From Psammoneis japonica (lineage: Eukaryota), in NCBI GenBank assembly GCA_008632985.1, contig QPGO01000002.1, forward strand, positions 806,001 to 870,000: a stretch of 64,000 bases of DNA. The letters run 5' to 3'. Made by a program: the position numbers and the translations under genes. The stretch's first letter is position 1. Every line of letters begins with the position of its first letter. Positions 50,073 to 59,958 of this stretch are shown here, in pieces. The notes beneath the pieces were generated by a model. It had not been told where the DNA came from, searched no databases, and worked only from the letters and a program-made list of their open reading frames with translations.

Positions 50073-52039
50073 TTAATTTTCATCAATGCAGAAGCGAAGC
50101 TCCGAACCCGCTACACAAACGCCGCCACCACTCTCAAGTTCACCCTCTACGGTCAGAACTTTGTCGTAGCAGCCAGGAAGACAAGCATCAATAGTATCTC
50201 TCTCCACAAGAGGGAGGATATCTCCACCGTCGAGGGTGCGAACCGTTTCATTTAAATCTACGAGAAGATCGCGGGTCTCGCCGTTGCACGCGCGCTCGAA
50301 CTCAGTGACTAGAAGGGTATCAGAACCGCTGTTGATCGCTTGGTAACTGTAACTAACTTCAACGAAACAATTGTTGTCAAAAGTGTTGTTCAGGCCCCTG
50401 CATCTTTCAATCTGCAAAGAGCCAAAAGAATCCTTGAGATCAAGAGGCGCGTTGCCCGATGCATCAAACGTAACAATCTCGACTACATCTCCATTGCCTG
50501 CATCAGCGATAGAACAATTTAGGTCGGATGGTAGGCAGCTGCCCATGGCCGCAATTGAGATGGTCCCGTCAAGGCGGACGGTGCAGTTGCAGAAGACTCT
50601 CTCAGCGTTGACGCACGTAATACGTGCAAGATCACCCGCGGGGATGGTGTTGCCTAGAAAGTCTTCACAAAAGCTGTTGGGCTGCTGGTTGCTATCCGTA
50701 GTACAATTGATACTCCTGTAAGAAATGGTGAGGCGATCAACGCATTCTCCTCCGTTACAAGTTTGATCGGGCGGCACGATCTCATCACAGCTATCCATAT
50801 TATCATCGTCGACAACGCAAGCAAGATTGGTCTGTATGCGACAAAAACGAAAGTGCGTGAGATTTCTATGAAGGGCCTCTTGCATGAATTGTGAATACAA
50901 CAAGGTTACCTCGATTTCGCAGGTACGCCCAGGAATACAAAAGTCAAGAGCATCTTCATCCTGGCAGATCACTCCATCGGCTCCTTCTGCAACAAGAATT
51001 GCTGTCTTATTGATACACTGGGGAGTACAGCTGTCAATCGTTCCGGTTTCTACGACGCCAAAGCCTTGTCCCGGCGGAAGGTTTACCGTATCATTAAGAA
51101 GATCCTTGACATCTCCGTTGCAGGTACGGTTCAACTCGAGAATGTCTGCGGGAACATCACCTGTGTTTGCCACGGCGTACGTATAATTCACGTCAACAAG
51201 ACAAACAGAGTCGATGTCACCTGACAAATCTCGGCATCCTTCAATCTGTAACGAACCAAATGAGTCCTTGAGATCCAGAGGCGAACTTCCGGATGAGTCA
51301 AAAGTAACGTTCTGGGTGATGGTACCATTTTCCGCATTAGAAATGACACAGTCGAGGTTATTTGGTAGACAAGTACCGTTGACACCAATCGTGATGGTAC
51401 GGCCAACTTCTACTGTACAGTTGCAATACACCCTCGTTTCGTCCGTGCACAGAATCCGTGCCGTTCCTCCATCTACGATAGCGTCGACAAAGTCTTGACA
51501 CTCAGAGTCTGGCTGGTCGTTGTCGTCTTCCTCACACGTGATATCCTGCCACGAGATAATGAGGCGGTCAATGCATTCTTGGCCGGTACAGGTCTCTGGA
51601 GGAGGTGTGAGTTCCTCACAGGACTCGCCGTCTGTCGCGGTAATGCAACCCAGCGTCACCTGAACGCATCAGGAAGGAAAGAGAAATAGAATGAATGCGT
51701 GATGTTTATGCAAACGTACGAACGGATAATGTAACTTCATATTGTGCTTACATTCACCTCGCATGGACCGTCGTCTGTTGGTGGCGGCGTAGGTGGAGGA
51801 GGGATGCTCATTTCAGAGTCTTGTAGCAGTCTCGCCCAGTATTCTTCTTCATCTTCTCCAAGTCCAAAGCTCTCGTCGTTTAAACCTGCTTCGCGTAAGG
51901 CAGATCTGATTTTGGTGTGATCGAAAATCAATGACTTTCTCGCGCGAGTGCCGCCTCCGTTGCCTTGGGCGTTTACACCGCTTGACAAGGAGACCAAGGC
52001 GCACGTTGACACTAAGAAGGCAGTACTTAAAAGCCTCAT
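50073..52039 (-). CDS. Secreted Cys/Asp-rich repeat protein A (2 repeats of about 250 aa)
   Basis: Signal peptide, YWARLLQ, Pro/Thr linker and repeats with CIDRL.I...LDLKDSFGSLQIE.C. Introns at about 51661-51750 and 50832-50909. Confidence 0.8.
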
Positions 52040-52772
52040 CTTTGATGCTGTCGATCGATCGCTTGTGACTTATGATTAGAATAGTACAACCCTTTAGTGG
52101 CGCCGCCGAGACTGAAAAGTGAGAGTGGACGATCATCACATCCGACCGTTTGAAACATGCCGTTCTTGGTTTTCGTGAATTCCGTACAGTAATACCCTAC
52201 TGCGTTGCACGTGATAGCAGACCAGCTACAGTTAGTACGGTATGTCAACGGTCGTGAGCTATCAATACAAATTTTCAAATTGTAAACATCATTTACATTT
52301 CCTCTTTTTGATCATATAAGTGATCAAATACCTGAATAAACCTTTTTGAAATGAATATATAATTATATTTAAAAAACGAATAAAATTAATAAAACTTTCG
52401 ATTTTGCTTGGAAGGCTTCTTCGGCGCACCGAGGACCGAGGGCCCGCCAAGGATTTATAAGGGGCCCGCCCTCTCTCTACTGTACCGTAGAGAGGGGCCC
52501 TCTAGCTACTCGAGTGTATTCATATGATAGGAGGGCTAGCTACTCTAGCTAGACCTCTAGCTAGAAGTAGCCTAGCTAGAGTCGTCGTCTAGCTAGGGGC
52601 TAGCTAGAGGGCTATCGCCTGGAGAGCTGGAACAACAATGCGACTGCACCCTGCCTTCATGATAAATCCTATGTTGACGGTAGGCGAATATGCACTGCAG
52701 AATCAAGTCATAAAAATAGTAACATAAAAAACCAGTGTAACAAAATTTTTTCCCTACACTCTCGGGAGAACA

Positions 52773-55700
52773 TTATCCCTCTACCAGAAAGTCTTCCAGA
52801 TCAACATACGCATCATCACGGTCATTCCCCGCATCCTGCCCTGCCTCTCGATCACGCTGGAGCATTTGGTCTACCACAAAGTTTCTACTGCGGGGTACCC
52901 GCTTCCTCTTCTCATTTTGGATTTCTTTCTCGATCATTGCATTCTTTCGAGATCGTTTGCGCTTGGCCTGGTCCAAGCCATCATCGGAAGTGTCGTCGTC
53001 TAAAAGGGCTAGACCGAATCCGGAGGAATCGGATAGCGTTTTCAGTTTCATTGAAATCAGATCATGTAGTGTAGTCTCTTCCATATCCAGAACAGCTCCA
53101 TCGTCCGCCTTGAATATGAATTCTTCCACCTTCTGGAGCGCACTGCAAGTCGTCTTTTTGACTGTGGCGTTAAATTTCTGTAAGGCATTTTCAAGCTCCT
53201 GCATGTTCGAAACAACCTTTGGAAGTCGGGCAAGGACAGGTTCCTTTGGAGTATAGATACCTCTAGTGTATTTTGCTGATTCTTTGCTCTTTTCCTTTTC
53301 CGCTTGAAACCACCTTCTCGTTCCTCCAGTCAGGTCAAGACCCGGTACGTCCTGGAGGAGCCATGCCGCGAGACATGTCGTTGATTCCACAACGCCTAAA
53401 GCAGTGATTGCGTCGCACTGTTGATTTGTTCGGATGAAAGCGGAGAGGCGGCGGATTGAACGTTTCAATGCCAGTCCAATCTTGTCCAACAAGGAGCACA
53501 ATCGTAGCTTCCCCTCACTTGTCAGTCTTAAGGCCAAGAGAGCACCAATCGCTGGTTCCTTATTCGTATCAGAGGTGGATTTCTGCTCATCGAGAATTGC
53601 GTAGACGCAAGTGAAAACACCATACAACTCATCAAGTCTCTCGGATCCATAGAGGCTCAAGCAATAGCTTCTTTCCACGTCTTCATTAAACAATCCGGGT
53701 TGCGCGCAAGGAGTACCAACTTCCACACCGCCACTGATGCCGCTCGACTGCATAACTTCGAGAGATTCTGCCCATAGATTCTCCATCGTTTGCATTGAAC
53801 AGCAAAATGACCAGGAAAGAGTCTTCGCGGTGGGCATTCGTATACTCAATTCCTTTCTATCGGATGCGGAGCCGCAATTGCTGGCAGAAAGATCTTGGCA
53901 TCCAGTAGGAATCTCAATCACAGCGGGAATGCGATCTGGCGACCTCGTGCCATCTCCTTGAGGTCGTACATCTTCTCCGTCAGTGTCCAACACGCTACCA
54001 TCCCTTTCCTCATTATCCATCGTACCGGTGACTTCCACGCCAGCGATCTCGCTCCACACTGCTTTGGGGTCCAATTCGTCCCAGACTTTGAGAAGGCTGA
54101 GACACTGTTCAAATACCATTGAGTAAAAGCATTCCAATTCTTCGAAATCCTGTCCACTCTGGCATGTCCATTGCGCTATGTTTGTTCTTGTTAAGCAGCG
54201 GGGTATAGAAGGAATCAAATCCATAAGAAGCATCAGTACTTTCCTAAAAATCCGAGAAAGCGGCAGCGATACAGTGCAAATGATTTTCCACATGCGCAAT
54301 GCCACCGTTCGACAAGCTTCCCAAATTTCAACGGCGCCTCTGTGGTCAACATTCTTGTCTGATTCGCGAAAAATGTTGATAGCTACTTCCAATAGGTCTA
54401 GGTACGTTGACAACATGTTGGTGTCCATACCTCCACTCTCACCTTCCAAGCCTGACAACACGTCGGAAGAGAGAGTGTCGAGACAACTTGTCCAGAACGC
54501 GAGTGGCAACAGCGAACCCACGGAGGAGTCAACAGTACCACCAACTGGTGTAATGAAATTGTCCGAGGCACCACTGAGCAAGCTCAGCAATGTGGAAAGG
54601 AGATTTAGCCTGACTTGCCTAACTGCCCCATCGACTTCTTCACTTGATTTAAGTCCCATAAGTGAGAAACTCTTGTCCTTGTCTCTGTCAACCACAAGTG
54701 CGGGATTTTGATGATGAAAGTTTTTCTCTTCCAGAAATAGAATAAACCGTTTAGACGCGTCCTCGTTTCCGATAGCCTCGTACAACCGCCAAAGACTCTT
54801 CACGGAAAGTGTGCATTCCTCGCAGTGGATATTATTGTCGGCCCCCTTCAACTCGTGTCGCTGGATTAAGTCTTGAATGTCGTCGCCGTAAATCAATAGT
54901 GACTTGTATAGATCGTTAACGTCCTCAATTTTCGATTCTCTGAAGTCTTTCAAGACCTTGGAAGCAACGCCGAAGAAGACTCCTCCTGTCTTGATGAGCG
55001 ACCCAGCATTATACTCGATTGTCTCTTCGGAACCAAAACTGCATCTTAGCAAAATTAGAGTGCTTACGCATTTGAATAGGCACTTTGAATAGTCTTCAGA
55101 AAAACTTTCAGCTTCGTAAGAGGACAAATTTTGATCCAAAAGGGATTCGATCAGGACACTACAAAAAGACGCCAACATGCTCTTCGAGATTAAACAGTCG
55201 TCTTGTATCGACGAGGGGGTGGATGATAAATTGTCACTTGATGGAGCAGAAAGAGTCGCCCATCTGTGTTGATTTCGTTGGTTGATACTTTGATCTTGTC
55301 TTGGAGTTCTAGCGACCGATGCACAAAGATCGCTTTCTTCCCCTACGAGGGACGCGCGAAGGAGTTGGCATGTATCTAAATGTGACAACTTTTGAACCAC
55401 AAGAAGATAATTAGTCTTCACTTCAATCGTAGAACATCCCACAATGCATAGTAGTACAGCGCAAAGGCATGAAACTGTTGCTTTCTCAGAAAGCGCAATA
55501 GTTTGCTCCAGGTTCTGAAAGGAGTTGGAAGGGTGTGATGCTTCGCTCGAAACTCCGCATAGTCCGGTGATGAGATGCTTGTGTCCCTCGAGTAAGACTT
55601 CTTTTCGGGTTTCGTCTCGACGTGATGCCGCAACCTCAAGGGCTATTATCAACCGAAGCAAGGATACCGTATCGTCTCTCAGCGAAGAGCACTTCTTTCG

Positions 55701-58166
55701 CGAGCCCTGTCCTTTCGCATCGCTGTGCCAATAGCTAGCAATTGCCAGCTGAGGAGAGAAACAAAAGCCACCTCTGGCGTCAGCACAAAAGTTCGAGAAT
55801 CTCATTAAACATGATCTCAAGATGATATCGACCGTCTCCGACGATATCGCTTCGTTCTGGGCTAAGAAAATGAGGCGTTGATACAGCCATGCCCTCGCTG
55901 ATACTGTCAGGACCGGATTTTGGTTCAAAACGATCATATCCGACAGCATCATTCGTGCTTCTACCCCGCACTCATCGATTAAAGAGTCTTCGCTGTCTGG
56001 CAAAAGCGCACACAAGCCGTGAAGCGCTTTCACAACGCGGTCTTGGCCGGCTCTGCAACGTTCACCGGTTGTCCTCCCTCTACATTCCCACGACACGCCA
56101 AAAAAGGGAGTCTGGAGCATCTTTCGGCAAGAGGAAAGTATCGCAGTCCGCGCAGAGTGCACAGGTGACAGCGCTGTTGCTAGATGACAAAATGCATCTT
56201 TCGACAAGGGTCCAGAGAATATATTTTTCAAAATCGGGCGCAACGGTTCCATCAGGTCCTCGCTGCGAAACGACGTCTCCTCGAGATGGCGAATGGTCTT
56301 GACCAATACCTCCAGGGTGATGCAAAACAAGAAAGAGCGACTCTCGACGGCGTAAAAGCCAGTATCTTCCAGAGGAGCATGAGTGGGGTTTGAACCATTT
56401 TTCCCCACGAAAGACTGCATCAACATACAAACTGTGCTCGCTCTCGATGATGGGATGTCAACGTAAGTGATAACCACGGCCCAGACAGCCAACACAATGT
56501 CCTCAAGTGTCAGTTGGTAGGATTTGTCTGAGTGTTTAAAAACGATGGATTGAGCGGCATGCACCCAAAGCTGCGCCCTTTCCGAGTAGGCAAGCAAAGC
56601 GGCAGAAGATAGGTTTGTGATACTGTCGCGGGCTTGCCGTTGACCAAGAAAGATGCAGTCATGAACTAGTTTCGTACAACGCCTTGACAGTAGCACCGCT
56701 GTTGCATTGTTTTCTCCTGTAGAACCCACAGTCCCATGACCTTGGTAGCACGTAGTCTGCAAAAAATCGCGCGCCTCATTCAAAGTGACTTCATTTTGGA
56801 CTCTTGGGTTCTTGTGCTTGCTTTTACGTCCTCGTTTTGACAACACTTTCCTACCTTCGTCTGGAAATGCAATTCGAACCAACACACTCCAGCTCTTGTG
56901 CACTAAATCTATTCCGTCGTTCTCGTTTGAAGCGTATCCAAATGCACGAGACAACAAGTGCGATACAAGCTGGGATCCCGATTGCTGAATAGCTTCAAGT
57001 AGCACCAGCTGCAGATTTGCCCGAACCCAGGTTGGGACCTTGTCGACACTCGTTGTATCTGATGTGATCGTTAATGCATGATTCACCCACGAATGTAGCG
57101 TTGGGGTGGAGAGCATGGATACACTCGATTTCAGCACCGTCTCAACTGTAGAAAAATTTTGCCTGTCGTCACATGCAGTCTTCATGAAAAGGTACAATAC
57201 AAGATCATGCCATGAGGGCCCCTCCACATCAACATCACGTTCTGTCGAGAAGAACGTTGTGACAATGACCTGAATCAAACCGGGGTAGTCTTGTCTGTCG
57301 ATCCCCCCTTCTTCTTGAAACAGCTTTTTGTGCAGAACTCTTTTCAAAACCACAAGTTGCGTTGGTTGCAAGTGCGATTTGTTCTGTGATGCAATGGTGA
57401 GCCAAGATAACAATCGATTGGAAGCAATACTGCTACGAAAAATCAGGGCGAGGATTTCCTCCTTAATGGATTCGTGGCCATGTTGCAACTCGGCTCGCTT
57501 GTCTACTGCATCGCAGAGAGACAAGAGGCTGGGAAGCACTTGTTCGAGTGGTAGCATCCAATCATTTTGCTTTGCTGAAATGTCGTCTTCCTGAACACCT
57601 ACCAGTGGTTCAAGCATGATTCGTGCAAGTTCTGTCAGTGCCATTCTTGGTGTACACTTATTTGATACGGCGTTCGGGTTGTTTCGCCCGCGTTTCGTCG
57701 TTGAAGTTGTAGCGATGTGACTTGGAGTGAGCCAGTTCGAGACAGATTCTTGTAGAAACGTCTGAAGATCTGCAAGGGCTGACCACTTGGAATGTTTGGT
57801 GTGTAATATGCAAGCTTCCAGCAATGATTGATCTGTAGTTCTACTGTGCTGAAACGCCATAAGAACGTTTGATGCAACTTTCCAGACAGTGTCATACCAA
57901 GGCGGGGTCCAGAGGAGGCCTCTTATCATAAAGTAGCAATCCGATTCCACCATTTCCTGCCTGCACAGCTTATCATAGACGGATCGTGCTGGTATCGAAG
58001 GACAAGAAAACAGAGGTATATCGACAGCGTTACTGTCGTGTTGTAGAGGAGGAAGTTGCGAAAGACCGAAACACTGACAAACACGACGCTGATTTCGTTC
58101 ATCTACCGCACGTTTCAGATCAAGCCCCACTGCGGTAGCAGTTTCTTTTCCAGTTATCTTAGACAT
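52773..58166 (-). CDS. Large hypothetical alpha-helical protein, 1797 aa (weak FANCI-like C-terminal resemblance)
   Basis: Single uninterrupted ORF, Leu-rich. The C-terminus has LARLPKVVSNMQELE, a basic NLS-like stretch and RSRN..D..L...DLEDFLV. Confidence 0.8.
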   Translation of the reverse strand: MSKITGKETATAVGLDLKRAVDERNQRRVCQCFGLSQLPPLQHDSNAVDIPLFSCPSIPARSVYDKLCRQEMVESDCYFMIRGLLWTPPWYDTVWKVASNVLMAFQHSRTTDQSLLEACILHTKHSKWSALADLQTFLQESVSNWLTPSHIATTSTTKRGRNNPNAVSNKCTPRMALTELARIMLEPLVGVQEDDISAKQNDWMLPLEQVLPSLLSLCDAVDKRAELQHGHESIKEEILALIFRSSIASNRLLSWLTIASQNKSHLQPTQLVVLKRVLHKKLFQEEGGIDRQDYPGLIQVIVTTFFSTERDVDVEGPSWHDLVLYLFMKTACDDRQNFSTVETVLKSSVSMLSTPTLHSWVNHALTITSDTTSVDKVPTWVRANLQLVLLEAIQQSGSQLVSHLLSRAFGYASNENDGIDLVHKSWSVLVRIAFPDEGRKVLSKRGRKSKHKNPRVQNEVTLNEARDFLQTTCYQGHGTVGSTGENNATAVLLSRRCTKLVHDCIFLGQRQARDSITNLSSAALLAYSERAQLWVHAAQSIVFKHSDKSYQLTLEDIVLAVWAVVITYVDIPSSRASTVCMLMQSFVGKNGSNPTHAPLEDTGFYAVESRSFLFCITLEVLVKTIRHLEETSFRSEDLMEPLRPILKNIFSGPLSKDAFCHLATALSPVHSARTAILSSCRKMLQTPFFGVSWECRGRTTGERCRAGQDRVVKALHGLCALLPDSEDSLIDECGVEARMMLSDMIVLNQNPVLTVSARAWLYQRLIFLAQNEAISSETVDIILRSCLMRFSNFCADARGGFCFSPQLAIASYWHSDAKGQGSRKKCSSLRDDTVSLLRLIIALEVAASRRDETRKEVLLEGHKHLITGLCGVSSEASHPSNSFQNLEQTIALSEKATVSCLCAVLLCIVGCSTIEVKTNYLLVVQKLSHLDTCQLLRASLVGEESDLCASVARTPRQDQSINQRNQHRWATLSAPSSDNLSSTPSSIQDDCLISKSMLASFCSVLIESLLDQNLSSYEAESFSEDYSKCLFKCVSTLILLRCSFGSEETIEYNAGSLIKTGGVFFGVASKVLKDFRESKIEDVNDLYKSLLIYGDDIQDLIQRHELKGADNNIHCEECTLSVKSLWRLYEAIGNEDASKRFILFLEEKNFHHQNPALVVDRDKDKSFSLMGLKSSEEVDGAVRQVRLNLLSTLLSLLSGASDNFITPVGGTVDSSVGSLLPLAFWTSCLDTLSSDVLSGLEGESGGMDTNMLSTYLDLLEVAINIFRESDKNVDHRGAVEIWEACRTVALRMWKIICTVSLPLSRIFRKVLMLLMDLIPSIPRCLTRTNIAQWTCQSGQDFEELECFYSMVFEQCLSLLKVWDELDPKAVWSEIAGVEVTGTMDNEERDGSVLDTDGEDVRPQGDGTRSPDRIPAVIEIPTGCQDLSASNCGSASDRKELSIRMPTAKTLSWSFCCSMQTMENLWAESLEVMQSSGISGGVEVGTPCAQPGLFNEDVERSYCLSLYGSERLDELYGVFTCVYAILDEQKSTSDTNKEPAIGALLALRLTSEGKLRLCSLLDKIGLALKRSIRRLSAFIRTNQQCDAITALGVVESTTCLAAWLLQDVPGLDLTGGTRRWFQAEKEKSKESAKYTRGIYTPKEPVLARLPKVVSNMQELENALQKFNATVKKTTCSALQKVEEFIFKADDGAVLDMEETTLHDLISMKLKTLSDSSGFGLALLDDDTSDDGLDQAKRKRSRKNAMIEKEIQNEKRKRVPRSRNFVVDQMLQRDREAGQDAGNDRDDAYVDLEDFLVEG

Positions 58167-59430
58167 GGTTCAGTCAAAGGGTGATGTGACACCTTTTCCC
58201 AGCTCCCAGCACCCAATCCGATTTTGCAATGGGTTTGCGATATTGGCATCAAAATAATGAGCCTCTTGGAATCATCTGTCGCGCATCGCGCAAAGCAACA
58301 GGCGAGTGTGGCGCTGCGCCGTCGTCACCGGCACGTCCATCACATCTTGCACTGCAGGGCCTGCGCCTAAGGCAGGGCCCTCCACTCTCTCTAGCCAGAG
58401 CAGTGCTCCTGGCTCTAGCTAGAGAGGGCCTAAATTACAGTGGGCCCCAGAGAGAGGACAATTCAGTGCAGAGAGTGGATTGTGTTGCAGCACAAGTGCA
58501 GGCTGTGCAGGCCCTGGCTGCAGCGCAGCTCTGCAATGGGAAATGTGAGACAGCTGGACTTTCTCAAGAACGCTGCAGTGGGGCTTGCTCCAAGCAAGTT
58601 GGCCGGCCCTCTGCAGCAGCTGTGGGGCTACAAACACAATTCCATTGGCACCTGTGGATCCAGCTGCAGCCCTGGATCATAAAGCAGCAACCCGATTCCA
58701 CCATTTCCTGCCTGTGCACAGCTTGTCACAGACGGATCGTGCTGGCATCGAAGGACAAGAAAACAGAGGTGTGTCAACAGCGTCACTGTCGTGTTGCAGA
58801 GGAGGAAGTTGCAAAAGACCAAAACACTGACAAACATGATGCTGATGTTGTTCATCTGCCGCACGCTTCAGATCAAGTCCCACTGCGGCAGCAGTTTCTT
58901 TTCCAGTTGTCTCAGACATGGTTCAGTCAAAGGGTGATGTGACACCTTTTCCCAGCTCCCAGCACCCATTCTGTTTTTGAAATGGGTTTGTGCTGTCCTG
59001 GCATCAAAATCATCCTCTTGGAGTCATCTGTCACGCGTCGTGCCAAGCAACAGGCGAGTGAGAGTGCACGCTGCACCGTCGTCACCGGCACGTCCATCAC
59101 ATCTTGTGCTGGAGGGCCTGAGGCAGGGCCCACTGCTCTCTCTAGCTAGAGCAGTGCTCCCAGCTCTAGCCAGAGAGGGCCCAAATTACAGCAGGCCCTG
59201 GAGAGAGGACAATTCAGTGGAGAGAGTGGGCTGCATTGCAGTGCGAGTGTGGGCCATGTGGGCCCTGCAGTGCAGTTCTGAAATGGGAAACATGAGATGG
59301 CTAGACTTTCTCAAGAACGCTACAGTGGGGCTTGCTCTAAGTAAGTCGGCCGGCCCTCTGCGGCAGCCATGGGGTGACAAACATAATTCTACCGGCAGGG
59401 CCCCACCTGTGGATCCAGCTGTAGCCCTGG
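57925..59430. repeat. Tandem duplication of about 750 bp (57925-58675 / 58676-59430) covering the 5' end and upstream region of the 1797-aa gene
   Basis: Both units start atcataaag(t/c)agcaa and end cagctg(c/t)agccctgg. Confidence 0.92.
58677..58919 (-). pseudogene. Hypermutated truncated copy of the first about 80 codons of the 1797-aa gene
   Basis: MSETTGKETAAAVGLDLKRAADEQHQHHVCQCF versus MSKITGKETATAVGLDLKRAVDERNQRRVCQCF. Confidence 0.9.
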
Positions 59431-59486
59431 CATGACACAGCAGTGCCTCTAGAGGGCTCACCGAGGCGCATCAACAGGAAGCTTTT

Positions 59487-59958
59487 TTTCAACGCTATTT
59501 GAGCAGGATGGAATCACAAACGAGCAGCAAAACCATGGAACGAACAGACTTGTACTATTCATGTTACTAACTAGATAGCAGAAGAATGCTCGTCGGAAAC
59601 AACAGGAATCCTTTTCAATCGTTGTCCATCTGAACTAATCTAAATTCTGAAACATTATGGCAAGAGGGGGTATGTTATGGGAGGGGAGATTATCCCTTCC
59701 ATCGCGGCACGGCCCTTTCTTTTCAACGCTATTTGAGCAGGATGGAATCACAAACGAGCAGCAAAATCATGGAACGAACAGACTTGTACTATTCATGTTA
59801 CTAACTAGATAGCAGAAGAATGCTCGTCGGAATCAACAGGAATCCTTTTCAATCGTTGTCCATCTGAACTAATCTAAATTCTGAAACATATAATGGCAAG
59901 AGGGGGTATATGTTATGGGAGGGGAGATTATCCCTTCCATCGCGGCACGGCCCTTTCT
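59487..59958. repeat. Near-identical tandem duplication of about 235 bp (59487-59720 / 59721-59958) downstream of repeat protein B
   Basis: tttcaacgctatttgagcagg...ggccctttct occurs twice with about 4 differences. Confidence 0.92.
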
